From a virus (Duplodnaviria; Caudoviricetes): a DNA stretch of 64,000 bases. Made by a program: the position numbers and the translations under genes. The notes under the pieces are model-generated. The model was not told the DNA's origin. It ran no database searches and saw only the letters and a list, made by a program, of their open reading frames with translations. This document shows, one piece after another, positions 48,451-57,775 of this stretch; position 1 is the first letter of the stretch; the number at the start of each line of letters is the position of its first letter. The stretch covers positions 903 to 64,902 of IMG/VR virus record IMGVR_UViG_2841440409_000001; one strand, given 5' to 3'.

Positions 48451-49517
48451 GCTAGCGGCCTTTCGTGATGGAAGCGAAGTTCGGCGTCCGGGCCCAGCAC
48501 GGCGTGCATGGCGCGAGCGATGTCGTTGGCGAAATTGTCGCGCTGGTAGTTCGAGGCAAAGGCGCTGATCGCCACGAGTGTGAGCTTGTCGGCCTGGAGG
48601 TCGAGGCGAGACGGCGCGATCCACTGGTCATAAACCTGATCACCGAGCAGCTTGCGGACGCCGTCGCGGATCTTGCGGGCGCCGGCATTTTCGCGGCTGG
48701 TGTCGTGGACGCGCAGCGGTCCGGCTGGGGCCTGTGCTGGCGATTTGGGCGCGGCCACCTTCACGCCGGCCCTGGCGTCGCGTAGCACACGGCCCGTGAT
48801 CTCGTTGATCCGGTTGCACCAGGCGCGGTTCCAGTCGCTTTTGCGAGATCCTGCCCGGCTTTCGCCGAGCCAGAAGCTGTGGAACGCTTCGGCCTCGGCC
48901 TCGTAGGCACCGGCTGGCCATTGCTCAGCTTTTGCCCTCGCTGCCGGTGGCAGTTCGCTGATGGGGGGCGGTGTCCAATCCTCCGGGATCCGTGACCCCC
49001 GATTTCTTTTCGAACCAGCATCTCCCGCCCCCTCGGGGGGGCTAGAGCCGTTAGGCTCTAAGGGGGAATCTGGTTTATATAATGGTTTGGGTGCACGTCG
49101 TGCGGGGGTTGGCGCACCAGATGCACCGGTGCATTTCGTGCGGGGGTGCACGTCGTGCGGGGGTTTGGCGTCAGAAAGCGCTTGAGAACCGGTGTCATTT
49201 TCTCCAGCAACCGGTGCATTTCGTGCGGGGGTGCATTTCGTGCGGGGGTGGAGCGTGTACATGACGCCGCGCCCGGGGCGTTCGTCGCGAGTGACATGGC
49301 CGGCGGTTTCGAGGCTGCGCAGGCAGTTCTGGACGGCGCGCTCGCTCAGCGACGTCTTCTTCATGATGCTGCGCTTGTCGGCGCGCCCCTTGATCGGGAT
49401 CCAGGTGACGCCGTCATCATTGGCGGAGTCAGCGAGCACTAGCAGCACATAGCGTTCGGTCGTTGAGAGATGGTCCATGTCGGCACCGAGGACGACGTTC
49501 ATCAGCCGGATGCTCAT
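48447..49517 (-). CDS. Phage replication initiator (N-terminal winged HTH, C-terminal DnaA-N-like domain)
   Basis: VLLVLADSANDDG..SLSERAVQNCLRSLE; internal iterons; VYDQWIAP...SAFASNY. Confidence 0.78.
   Translation of the reverse strand: MSIRLMNVVLGADMDHLSTTERYVLLVLADSANDDGVTWIPIKGRADKRSIMKKTSLSERAVQNCLRSLETAGHVTRDERPGRGVMYTLHPRTKCTPARNAPVAGENDTGSQALSDAKPPHDVHPRTKCTGASGAPTPARRAPKPLYKPDSPLEPNGSSPPEGAGDAGSKRNRGSRIPEDWTPPPISELPPAARAKAEQWPAGAYEAEAEAFHSFWLGESRAGSRKSDWNRAWCNRINEITGRVLRDARAGVKVAAPKSPAQAPAGPLRVHDTSRENAGARKIRDGVRKLLGDQVYDQWIAPSRLDLQADKLTLVAISAFASNYQRDNFANDIARAMHAVLGPDAELRFHHERPLA
49091..49248. repeat. Five 17-bp iterons GTGCA(CG/TT)TCGTGCGGGG, probable origin
   Basis: Copies at 49091, 49129, 49146, 49214 and 49231; adjacent TTTATATAAT tract and TAGAGCC/GGCTCTA palindrome. 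Confidence 0.8.
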
Positions 49518-49954
49518 CAGACGTCCTTGATCGTCCAACCGCCACCCTTGGCCGGGAAAGCGTACTGGAACAGGAAGGGATATTGGTCGGCGGCGACGCG
49601 CATCTTCACGCGTGCGTCCTCTTGGACGACGGCAGCGCCGCCTTTGACGTCGATCATGGTCAGCACGCCGCTGGATGGCAGCACGGCATAGTCCACGGTC
49701 AGGAAGGTATTGTCCGCAAGGCGGAGCTTTACGCCCTCGAATCGATACCATGATATTTCGCCGGCAAGCAGGAGTGGCCGGAGATACTCGTCTTCGAACC
49801 GCTGCTCCGTCTGGTTCTTCTCGCCCACCTTCATGCGCCCGAGCGCGAAGAGCCGATCCTTGCCGTTCTTGGCAGCAGGCTCTTTCTTCGGGGACAATTT
49901 CCCCTCGGCGATGAGGCGCGCCTCCAGGCGGGAGCGCATTGTCTTGCGTGTCAC
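49517..49954 (-). CDS. PD-(D/E)XK nuclease-like protein (DUF1064-like)
   Basis: NQTE.RF...TVDY...IDVKG. Confidence 0.65.
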   Translation of the reverse strand: MTRKTMRSRLEARLIAEGKLSPKKEPAAKNGKDRLFALGRMKVGEKNQTEQRFEDEYLRPLLLAGEISWYRFEGVKLRLADNTFLTVDYAVLPSSGVLTMIDVKGGAAVVQEDARVKMRVAADQYPFLFQYAFPAKGGGWTIKDV

Positions 49955-50649
49955 GTCGATGCGCCCTCGCGTTGCTCACGGGCGGCCTTGTTCTCGAACA
50001 GCACCTGCCCATCGCCGGTCGACACGGTCATCGGCATCACGTTGTCGTCGAGCGTCTTCGCCGCTGCCAGCACGGCCGCGCCTACGCGTTGCTTGAGCGA
50101 GCGCCCAGTCTTGGAAGGTGCCACCTCGCCCTCGGGCGCCACGAGCACGTCGCGCTTGCCGACATGGTTTGGCGGCCCCACGACGCCGCGCTTCTCGAGA
50201 TCCTCGATCAGCTTGGAGGCGCGGTTGTAGCCGATGCGCATCTGGCGCTGGAGCCAGGATGCCGACGCGTTCTGATGATCGACCACGAGATTGAGCGCGG
50301 TCACGAACAGTTCGTCAGCGCTGGCGCCGGGCGAGGGGGCAGGCGTGGACGGGTCGGGTCGGCCGTCATGGCCATCGAACATGCTGGGCGCGCTCTCGTC
50401 GCGGAAGCTGTCCATGCCGAGCGCCGCCATGTAGGTCTGGAGCACGGCTTCCATCTCGCGCCGATCGTGCGGCTGCATCTTACGCAGGCGGATGATCTGC
50501 CGCATCATCTTCGGGTCGTACCGGGTCGCCTTGGCTTCCAGATAGACGTCCTTGATGTCGTCGCCGATGCCCTTCTTCTCTTCCTCGAGCCGCTCGATGC
50601 GCTCGATCAGGAGGCGCAGCTGGTCGGCCGCTATGTTGCCTTCGGACAT
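49951..50649 (-). CDS. GapR (DUF2312) fused to FtsK-gamma domain
   Basis: [28 protein letters not shown]; [30 protein letters not shown]. Confidence 0.85.
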   Translation of the reverse strand: MSEGNIAADQLRLLIERIERLEEEKKGIGDDIKDVYLEAKATRYDPKMMRQIIRLRKMQPHDRREMEAVLQTYMAALGMDSFRDESAPSMFDGHDGRPDPSTPAPSPGASADELFVTALNLVVDHQNASASWLQRQMRIGYNRASKLIEDLEKRGVVGPPNHVGKRDVLVAPEGEVAPSKTGRSLKQRVGAAVLAAAKTLDDNVMPMTVSTGDGQVLFENKAAREQREGAST

Positions 50650-50804
50650 TATGTGCTCCTGCTATCGGACGCGATGCCGCAGCGCGCGAACTTGCTTCGC
50701 ACTGACGCGGTAGGCGCTGTTGGAGACGCGGCGGGCGATATGCTCGTCGCACGGGAAGATCGGCAGCATCTGGCGCACTGCATCGCGGGTGAAGGGGCAG
50801 CGGA

Positions 50805-51149
50805 TCATGCGTCCACTCCCGTTTTCGCCGGCTTGCGCACGATGAGGCCCATCAACGCCTTGAACTCTGTCGAGCATTCCTCGGCGTCGGGCTGCACCTT
50901 GCGGAAGGCCTCGGCATGGAAATAGGAGAGCCAGGGTTGCAGCTGCAGCCCCCAGACCGGCTCGTTCGTCTTCTTCAGATGGCCTTCAACCACGGCGGTG
51001 ACGCGATGGATCGAGCCGTATGTCGGCCCGATGCCGCCGGTCCAGCCGCCATCCATGATGCATGCGGCGAGGTCGCCGACGCGCCAATCCTCGTTGATCG
51101 GCGGCAATTGTCCTGTCGGGCGCTTCCTGCGCCTGAAGGGCCAGATCAT
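50805..51149 (-). CDS. Hypothetical phage protein
   Basis: ATGA overlap; WRVGDLAACI. Confidence 0.55.
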   Translation of the reverse strand: MIWPFRRRKRPTGQLPPINEDWRVGDLAACIMDGGWTGGIGPTYGSIHRVTAVVEGHLKKTNEPVWGLQLQPWLSYFHAEAFRKVQPDAEECSTEFKALMGLIVRKPAKTGVDA

Positions 51150-51844
51150 GCGGCGTCCCTCCCATCTTCTCGATATGCGGCTGTGATCCGCTCCACGGCG
51201 GTGCGGAAATGCGTTTCGTTCCACTCGATGCCTGTGAACTGTTTGCCCGCGCGAACAGCGGCAACGCCGGTAGAGCCGGTGCCCATGAACGGGTCGCAAA
51301 TTGTCCGGCCGCCCACATTCTTCACGATCTTCGACATCACCGCGTCGGGCTTCACCGTGGGGTGGCCGTAGAGTTTCGAGGGCTGCGAGCTGGCGCTGAT
51401 CCACCGATGCATGTCGTGATGATCGCCGACGGGCGGGAGTTCACGGTTCCACGCGTGAATGTAGGGCTCGGTGTCGGCCAGATAATGCTTGTTCCGATGC
51501 GGCGACGGGTTCGGCTTCGCCCAGAAATTGACGACGCAGCGATGGAAGCTGCCGTTGAGATAAGGCAGCAGCTCGGGCAACTGATCGTTATGGCAGAAGG
51601 TGACGACGGCGCCGCACATCAGCGGGTTGATGATGCTATGGTCAAAGCCCTGGTCGAGGCCTTCCTCCACGATCTGGTCGCTCGCGCCGCGTGCTGCGCG
51701 GAACGCCCCGCCGCCCGAGTTGTCGAACTCATATTGCGGGTCCATCACGAGCACGTCGCACCAGCCGAGCGTGGGCAGCAGCTCGTACGCGTCAGCCAGG
51801 TAGAGCGTGGCGTCGCCGATATGGACGGTGGCGCGGGCAATCAT
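51146..51844 (-). CDS. Orphan beta-class N6/N4 DNA methyltransferase
   Basis: DPQY (motif IV variant), HPTVKP, DPFMGTGSTG, GIE. Confidence 0.85.
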   Translation of the reverse strand: MIARATVHIGDATLYLADAYELLPTLGWCDVLVMDPQYEFDNSGGGAFRAARGASDQIVEEGLDQGFDHSIINPLMCGAVVTFCHNDQLPELLPYLNGSFHRCVVNFWAKPNPSPHRNKHYLADTEPYIHAWNRELPPVGDHHDMHRWISASSQPSKLYGHPTVKPDAVMSKIVKNVGGRTICDPFMGTGSTGVAAVRAGKQFTGIEWNETHFRTAVERITAAYREDGRDAA

Positions 51845-51981
51845 GCCGCTGCGCTTCCGTCGTCGGCGCCGAATTCAGCGTGCCGCTTGTCGATGCGCAG
51901 CACCGTGAACAGGCCGCCGACGCACAGACCGATGGTGAAGGCGACAGCGCTGCAGGCTATCGCAATGAAGAAGGTGCCCAT
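51841..51981 (-). CDS. 46-aa single-TM protein (not in ORF track)
   Basis: GAGGAG RBS; MGTFFIAIACSAVAFTIG; ATGA overlap with MTase. Confidence 0.55.
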   Translation of the reverse strand: MGTFFIAIACSAVAFTIGLCVGGLFTVLRIDKRHAEFGADDGSAAA

Positions 51982-52109
51982 TTCCACTCTCCTCGGATGG
52001 ACGAAAATAAAACGAAACGGCTTGGCAGGTGTCAGGCCGAAGTGTTAGTTGGTGCAGCAATCAAGCGGCGGGCCAGTATTCCGCCCTGTTCTGAGGTTCT
52101 GCATGCGTA

Positions 52110-52313
52110 TCACTGCGTCACGTCCAATCTTGAAGACCGCCAAGTAGACGCAGGAACCCTCCCGCCTGTGGCTTCATCTATGGCCAAGGCCAAATCCAGG
52201 CCGGGCCGCAGGGTGCCGCTGATCAAACGCGAAATTGTAGCTGGCGTCGTGCGGACACGCTCCGCGAACTCTGCCTGCGTTTGATTTTCGGCTTCGAGAT
52301 AGGATTTGAGCAT
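52110..52313 (-). CDS. Cro-like HTH regulator
   Basis: TQAEFAERV...ATISRL.SG...I..ATGG.V; divergent from cI. Confidence 0.82.
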   Translation of the reverse strand: MLKSYLEAENQTQAEFAERVRTTPATISRLISGTLRPGLDLALAIDEATGGRVPASTWRSSRLDVTQ

Positions 52314-52321
52314 GACGCTCA

Positions 52322-52349
52322 ATATTACGCATTGCGAAAGTTTGCGCAA
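52322..52349 (-). promoter_or_regulatory. PR/OR-like promoter-operator
   Basis: Minus strand TTGCGC-16-TAATAT overlapping TTACGCATTGCGAAA; 8 nt from the cro ATG. Confidence 0.65.
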
Positions 52350-52407
52350 CACTCGGGTTTCGTATGGCGGCATGGTGCCGCCTAAGCCTGTCGGCGACGA
52401 TAGGCGA

Positions 52408-53028
52408 ATGGAACGAAAAGGCCTCAAATCGGCGCGGAAGCGCGCAAATCTCACTCAGGAAGCCGTCGCGGAAGCGATGGGGGTTTCTGTTCCACAGGTG
52501 TCGCGCTGGGAGAATGGAAAGGACGGCATCCCAAGTCAGAGGCTGCAGGCGCTGGCTGGAGCTTATCGGGCCTCCCTGGAAGAGCTATTGGGCGCTGACG
52601 AGGTAGAGCAACTTCCTATCGTCATGGTCGAGCAACTGCCGACTACGGTTGGCGCCGGTGGCGGGGGGCTTGGCGTGGGCGACTATAAGGCGGTGCCGGT
52701 TGCGCGAGCGCTTGTAGAGCACGAGCTTCGCGTGGTGCCGGATGATCTGCTGTCCGTCGAGGTCGAGGGCGATAGTATGGTCCCGGAGTTTTTGCCTGGC
52801 GACCAGCTGCTCATCAACAAGCGGAAGGTGTCATTGTCGCAGCCAGGGGCGTTCTGCCTGTGGGATGGCGACGGGTACGTCATCAAATATTTGGAGAAGG
52901 TGTATGACACCGACCCTCAGCGCATCCGGGTGATGAGCAGGAATGACCGCTACAAGCCGGTCGAGAGACTTGCTGAAGAGGTTCGTATTATGGGCCGGGT
53001 CGTATGGGTCGGTCGCCGAGTTGGATAA
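52408..53028 (+). CDS. CI-like repressor (XRE HTH plus S24 peptidase)
   Basis: LTQEAVAEAMGVS..QVSRWENG; AG cleavage site, GDSM Ser, IK Lys. Confidence 0.9.
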   Translation: MERKGLKSARKRANLTQEAVAEAMGVSVPQVSRWENGKDGIPSQRLQALAGAYRASLEELLGADEVEQLPIVMVEQLPTTVGAGGGGLGVGDYKAVPVARALVEHELRVVPDDLLSVEVEGDSMVPEFLPGDQLLINKRKVSLSQPGAFCLWDGDGYVIKYLEKVYDTDPQRIRVMSRNDRYKPVERLAEEVRIMGRVVWVGRRVG

Positions 53029-53038
53029 GGGGCGAGCT

Positions 53039-53188
53039 ATGAGTGACGCTGTTAAAATTGCTCTGATTGCGGCGGGCGCTGCTGTTCTGATCGCTGGGCT
53101 AGTTATCTACTTTTCCCCTTATCACAGCTGTGTCCGGGGTGGGTTTCAGGCTCCTTACTGCGTAGGAGGAGCCCCTTCGCGGCGATAA
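53039..53188 (+). CDS. 49-aa membrane protein downstream of cI
   Basis: One TM helix, two Cys. Confidence 0.5.
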   Translation: MSDAVKIALIAAGAAVLIAGLVIYFSPYHSCVRGGFQAPYCVGGAPSRR

Positions 53189-53190
53189 AA

Positions 53191-53241
53191 TTACGCAATG
53201 CGAAATTTTTCTCTTGCGCAAAGTTTCGCATTACGTAAATT
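53191..53241 (+). promoter_or_regulatory. PL/OL-like promoter-operator
   Basis: TTACGCAATGCGAAA and TTTCGCATTACGTAA sites; TTGCGC-16-TAAATT. Confidence 0.65.
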
Positions 53242-53268
53242 CCTTCCCGTAACAACCGGGAGGGACGA

Positions 53269-53718
53269 ATGTCGTCGCACACTGCATCTACCGCATTCTG
53301 CACCGCGCCTTCGCCCTTTGGGGCGCTGTCGTCGGTGCCGGTCCGCAACGCGACGGACACGGCCGCGCTCGACCGGCTTGATCATCTTTGGCAGCACGTC
53401 ATATCGTTCGGCGACGTGTCGGATGCGTCGACCTTCTCGTCTTTCAGCACGGCCTATCGCCTGCTCGAGGCGCAGGCGCTGCGCTTCGGCATGCCCGAGG
53501 ATTGCGACGACGCTGCCGACTGGGCGGAGCAGTTCCTCACGCGCGTCGCCGCGTCCCCCGCATTCACGCCTGGCACGGCTGAGTATCGCGCCCGCCTGAT
53601 CTCGCGCATCTGGCACAAGCAGCTGTGGCACGAAGTCGTGATGGTCGCGGCTGGCGTGATCTCGATCGGCCTGCTCTTCTTCGCCATCGCCCGGAGCGTC
53701 GCGTCGTGGGCGCTGTAA
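53269..53718 (+). CDS. Hypothetical protein with C-terminal TM
   Basis: GGAGG RBS; first gene after PL. Confidence 0.65.
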   Translation: MSSHTASTAFCTAPSPFGALSSVPVRNATDTAALDRLDHLWQHVISFGDVSDASTFSSFSTAYRLLEAQALRFGMPEDCDDAADWAEQFLTRVAASPAFTPGTAEYRARLISRIWHKQLWHEVVMVAAGVISIGLLFFAIARSVASWAL

Positions 53719-53907
53719 AGACCGCCCTTGCGGACCAGCCGATCGTCCATGGCGGCGGCGCGGTGGCGACGTTGCTCGCTCGCGCGCTTGACCGCGTGAT
53801 GAGCGTGACGATCGACGCGCAGACCGCATCGGGCGAGGAATTGTCCATCGCCCAGGCCGGTGCCCGTGAGCAGGCGCTTGAGGCCCTGGAAGCATGGAGC
53901 GCCAGCC

Positions 53908-54645
53908 GTGGTTGATCTCGCCGCCCTTCAGGCGCCGTTCGCGCCCAATGAGCATAGCTGGCGTGCGCAGCAGGTGTCCCGCGACGGACGCCGCGCGATG
54001 GCGCTGTGCTACATCACCTCGCGCTCGGTGCAGAACCGGCTGGACGACGTGTGCGGTCCGGCTGGGTGGGAGAGCAGTTTTTCCGAGACGGCGGCCGGTC
54101 GCGTGATCGCGACGATCGCGATCGACATGGGCACGCGCTGGGTGTCGAAGAGCGACGGCGCGGGCGCGACGGCGATGGAAGGCGAGAAGGGCGGGCTTTC
54201 GGGTGCGTTCAAGCGTGCCGCCGTCATGTGGGGCATCGGACGCTACCTCTATGAGCTGCCGGCCGTCTGGGCCGAGTGTGAGAGCTACGAGCGCAACGGC
54301 AAGCATGTGTGGAAGTGCTGGACCGGCTCCGGAATTGGCGAACTGGAGCGCGCGCTGCGCAACCTGTTCGACCGCATGAATAACCAGCCGACGGCAGAGC
54401 CCGTTCGGGTCGCAGGGCGGCGGGCGCAGGAATTGCTCCCGCCGCCCAATAACTCCGGCATCGGCCTGGCGCCGGCATTCCGCCAGCCGCTCGTGGTGAA
54501 GGAACTGATCGACGGCCTGCCCAAGGCAATGCTGGACGGACGGGCTGAGCAGTTCTGGACGAAGCACTGGCGTGACGTGCCCGAAATGTGGCGCCCGTTC
54601 GTCATGGCTGAGCGCGATCGCCTCAAGCACGAGGCTGGGCTGTGA
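53908..54645 (+). CDS. Rad52/Rad22 (Sak-like) single-strand annealing protein
   Basis: YITSRSVQNRLDDVCG..GW, KSDGA, EKGG.S.AFKRAAV.WGIGRYLY. Confidence 0.88.
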   Translation: MVDLAALQAPFAPNEHSWRAQQVSRDGRRAMALCYITSRSVQNRLDDVCGPAGWESSFSETAAGRVIATIAIDMGTRWVSKSDGAGATAMEGEKGGLSGAFKRAAVMWGIGRYLYELPAVWAECESYERNGKHVWKCWTGSGIGELERALRNLFDRMNNQPTAEPVRVAGRRAQELLPPPNNSGIGLAPAFRQPLVVKELIDGLPKAMLDGRAEQFWTKHWRDVPEMWRPFVMAERDRLKHEAGL

Positions 54646-54778
54646 TCGCCCGGCCGCGCGGCAAGGAGCTCGAGCCGCTCCCACGGAAAGGTCGTGACCA
54701 TTGGGGTCAGGTCCATGTCGACGCCGATCAGCGCAAGCCGCTGCCGCGCATCATCCCCCAGTCGCAGAGGAAGCGCTG

Positions 54779-55084
54779 ATGTCATCCAATATTCGCTTCG
54801 CGCAGCCGGTCATGACGCTGATGCGCTGTGAGACAGTCAAGCCGATGGTGCTGGAGCGCCTGTCGTCGAGCGGGATCGAAGATGACGCGGGCGCTGCTGG
54901 CGTCGGCGTCGATGTCGTCGACGGTGAGCCGATGCTGTTCGTGTCGCTGCACACTGGGGAGCGCGAGGCGCTGTTTGCCCGGTTCGACCTGGACGGCGCG
55001 CAGGCTTTCGTCGGCCTGCTGATCCGCACGCTTGGTGATTTTGCCCGCAACGGCCGCGGCGCGCCTGCGGAGCGCATGAATTGA
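54779..55084 (+). CDS. Hypothetical protein
   Basis: GAGG RBS before MSSNIRF. Confidence 0.55.
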   Translation: MSSNIRFAQPVMTLMRCETVKPMVLERLSSSGIEDDAGAAGVGVDVVDGEPMLFVSLHTGEREALFARFDLDGAQAFVGLLIRTLGDFARNGRGAPAERMN

Positions 55085-55199
55085 TGAGCCCCCAAAGCCT
55101 CGGACGCCACGCCCCCGGCGTCACCTACCCCCCAATAGCTGGGCCGGCCGTCGAGGCCGGTCGGTCCAGCATCCTCGCAGATAACAGGACGGCGGCATA

Positions 55200-55793
55200 A
55201 TGGCGCAGGCATATCCTCTTGCATGGCCGATTGGCATCCCGCGCACCGACGCCGGCCGCCGCGGCGCGTCGCAATTCAAGACGGCGCTCGATCCGGCGCT
55301 CAAGAACGTGAGCAATTCGCTCCGTCGGTTCGGCGAGGCTACGGGAAAGACGGTCAGCAACATCGTCATCTCGACGAACTACACGCTGGGCGATCGCAGT
55401 CCGTCGGACCCTGGTGTCGCTGTCTGGTTCCTGTGGGATGGCAGCGAGCGCTGCATCGCGGTCGATCGATATCCGAAGATCGAGCACAACTTGCAGGCGA
55501 TCCACCATGTGCTTGAGGCGCGAGTGGTCGAGGCCCGCCATGGCGGCCTGCAGATCGTGCGTCAGACCTTTACCGGGTTCGTCGCGCTGCCGTCGCCCGA
55601 GATGTTCGGCGGCAAGACACCGGGCCAGTTGCTGGGGCTCGATGTGCCTGGGCGGATCTACACCCGCGACGAAATCATCGCCGCGCACCGCGATCTGGCG
55701 AAAACGGCGCATCCCGACCGTGCGGGCGATGGCGGCGACATGGCGGTGCTCAACGCCGCACGCGACGCGATGCTGAAAGGATTGCCGGCATGA
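55200..55793 (+). CDS. Phage protein with C-terminal J-domain
   Basis: AYPLAWP, DPGVAVWF, HRDLAKTAHPDR..MAVLNAA. Confidence 0.82.
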   Translation: MAQAYPLAWPIGIPRTDAGRRGASQFKTALDPALKNVSNSLRRFGEATGKTVSNIVISTNYTLGDRSPSDPGVAVWFLWDGSERCIAVDRYPKIEHNLQAIHHVLEARVVEARHGGLQIVRQTFTGFVALPSPEMFGGKTPGQLLGLDVPGRIYTRDEIIAAHRDLAKTAHPDRAGDGGDMAVLNAARDAMLKGLPA

Positions 55794-56383
55794 CCTCCGC
55801 CATTAACCAACATGTGCTGTCCGGCGTGATCGAGCTGGCCGAAGAGGCGCTGGACACGAAGGTGGGCCTCGGCTCGATCCGGCAGATCGATCGCGATGAT
55901 CTGTCCGTCCTGATTGCGGCGGCGCGCACTGTTCTCGCCGCCGCTCCGGGGCCTGATCTCGTCGAGCATGTCGCAGGCTTGATCGCCGACGAGGCGGGGG
56001 GCGATTTCGGCGCGCCCGGCGCTGAGGAGCGCGATGCGGCTGAGCGCGTCATTTCCTACTTCGCCGCGCGCTGGCACCCGATGGACCAGCCGCCGTGCGT
56101 GGATGATGGCCGCGAACTGCGCGTCATCGCATGCTGGAAGAGCAATGACGGGCTGGCACGCGTCGCGTCTGGCGAGATCTACTATCTCAACCGCGTCCAT
56201 CTCGATTGGGATGACGAAGGTCGGAGGGCTGAGGTCTGCGCCGCCGATGGCACCAGCTCGGGCTGGTTCGAGCGCTACGAGGGCATCGATGGTGCCGTGA
56301 CGTTTGAGCCCATATCGGATCAGTTCGTCACGCACCTGGCCTGGACTGACATGCCGATCATGCCGGAGGCCAGCCGTGGCTGA
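55790..56383 (+). CDS. Hypothetical phage protein
   Basis: ATGA overlap; operon context. Confidence 0.6.
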   Translation: MTSAINQHVLSGVIELAEEALDTKVGLGSIRQIDRDDLSVLIAAARTVLAAAPGPDLVEHVAGLIADEAGGDFGAPGAEERDAAERVISYFAARWHPMDQPPCVDDGRELRVIACWKSNDGLARVASGEIYYLNRVHLDWDDEGRRAEVCAADGTSSGWFERYEGIDGAVTFEPISDQFVTHLAWTDMPIMPEASRG

Positions 56384-57365
56384 TCGCACCTCAATCGAAT
56401 GGACCGACGCGAGTTGGACGCCAGTCAAGGGCTGCTCGCGCGCGTCCCATGGCTGCATCAACTGCTACGCCGAGATCATGGCCGCGCGCTTCTCGCAGCC
56501 TGGCATGTGGGGCGAGGGGCTGGCGCAGATCGTCACGACGCCGTCTGGCAAGGATCATCGTTGGACGGGCGTCACCCGCTTCGACGCAAACGAACTCGCC
56601 CAGCCGCTGCGGTGGAAGAAGTCGCGTCGCATTTTCGTGTGTTCTACGTCCGACCTCTTTCACGAGAGCGTGCCTGACGAATGGATCGATCAGTGCTTCG
56701 CGATCATGGCGATGTGCCCCCAGCACACCTTCCAGGTGCTGACAAAGCGCGCGGAGCGCATGCGTCGTTACCTGTCGGCGCCGGACCAGGCGCGGCGCGT
56801 GAGCGATATCGTCAATGCGTGGCCAGCCGCCGCGATCGGGCACGGGAACGAATTCACCGCCGATGTTCGGTTGCTGGCCGCCGATCCGCTGCCCAACGTG
56901 TGGCTTGGCGTCTCCGCCGAGGATCAGAAGCACTATGATGAGCGCTGGGCGGTGCTGGCGCAGGTGCCGGCGGCGGTCCGCTGGGTCAGTGCTGAGCCGC
57001 TTCTCGGGCACATCGATATCCTTGCGCACGCCGCCTTGCCCGATTGGGTCGTTGCTGGCGGTGAAAGCGGCCTTGGCGCGCGTCCGATGCATCCCGACTG
57101 GGCCCGTAGCTTGCGCGATCAGTGCGCGGCGGTCGGGATCGCGTTCCTTTTCAAGCAGTGGGGCGCATGGGCTGCGGAGGGTCAACGCACGGCCGGGCCG
57201 GTCCGCCTCAACCTGCATCGCCGTCGATGGTGCACCTTTGAGGATGGCGAGAACCGCTACGCACGCATGGCCGCTGCGATGCACCCCATAGGCAAGAAGA
57301 AGGCGGGACGCTTCCTCGACGGCACGCTCCACGATGCAATGCCGGAGGCAGCGCATGTCAGATAA
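56376..57365 (+). CDS. Phage gp37/gp68 (DUF5131) family protein
   Basis: IEWTD.SW.P..GC.R.S.GC.NCYAE, SDLFH, QVLTKR, SAEPLLG, GGESG, FKQWG. Confidence 0.9.
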   Translation: MADRTSIEWTDASWTPVKGCSRASHGCINCYAEIMAARFSQPGMWGEGLAQIVTTPSGKDHRWTGVTRFDANELAQPLRWKKSRRIFVCSTSDLFHESVPDEWIDQCFAIMAMCPQHTFQVLTKRAERMRRYLSAPDQARRVSDIVNAWPAAAIGHGNEFTADVRLLAADPLPNVWLGVSAEDQKHYDERWAVLAQVPAAVRWVSAEPLLGHIDILAHAALPDWVVAGGESGLGARPMHPDWARSLRDQCAAVGIAFLFKQWGAWAAEGQRTAGPVRLNLHRRRWCTFEDGENRYARMAAAMHPIGKKKAGRFLDGTLHDAMPEAAHVR

Positions 57366-57561
57366 TCTCACGCTGCAGCAATTGGGCCAACCAGACCTTG
57401 GCGGCCCAAACGTCATCACCGCGCGCTGCGGTAGCAACGCCTGCAGGCACGAGTGGATCGTCGCTCATCTCCCCATGCCGCTCGACAAGGCGGCGATGCT
57501 GATGGCGCGCGCAGCTTGCCCTAAATGTGCCCACGATCGCCCGGTGCTGGCCCATGACTGA
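57355..57561 (+). CDS. Small zinc-ribbon-like protein
   Basis: CxxxxC..HEW...CPKC; GGAGG RBS. Confidence 0.55.
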   Translation: MSDNLTLQQLGQPDLGGPNVITARCGSNACRHEWIVAHLPMPLDKAAMLMARAACPKCAHDRPVLAHD

Positions 57562-57775
57562 GCTGTCGATGTGGGTGGTCACCCAGAACCCTTCCGACTT
57601 TCCCGGCAAGTTCGTCGCGCGCGAATGGCTGATCGGGGCCGGCTGTCAGGCGGTGACGCTCAATCATCACGTCGCCGACACGCTTGAAGCGGTTCGCGCA
57701 ATGCTGCCGGCCGGGCTCGTTGTTCTGCCGCGCGACCCGAGCGACGATGCTGTGATTGTGGAGAGCTGGATATGA
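57554..57775 (+). CDS. Small phage protein
   Basis: PSDFPGKFVAR...DD.VIVESWI. Confidence 0.6.
   Translation: MTELSMWVVTQNPSDFPGKFVAREWLIGAGCQAVTLNHHVADTLEAVRAMLPAGLVVLPRDPSDDAVIVESWI

Noticed and set aside
49091-49248. Repeats considered as a CRISPR array
   Set aside because: 17-bp units, partly tandem with no regular unique spacers, inside a rep gene, and no cas genes; better explained as iterons.
52087-52100. GTTC-TGAG-GTTC as a LexA box
   Set aside because: Spacer is 4 nt rather than 7.
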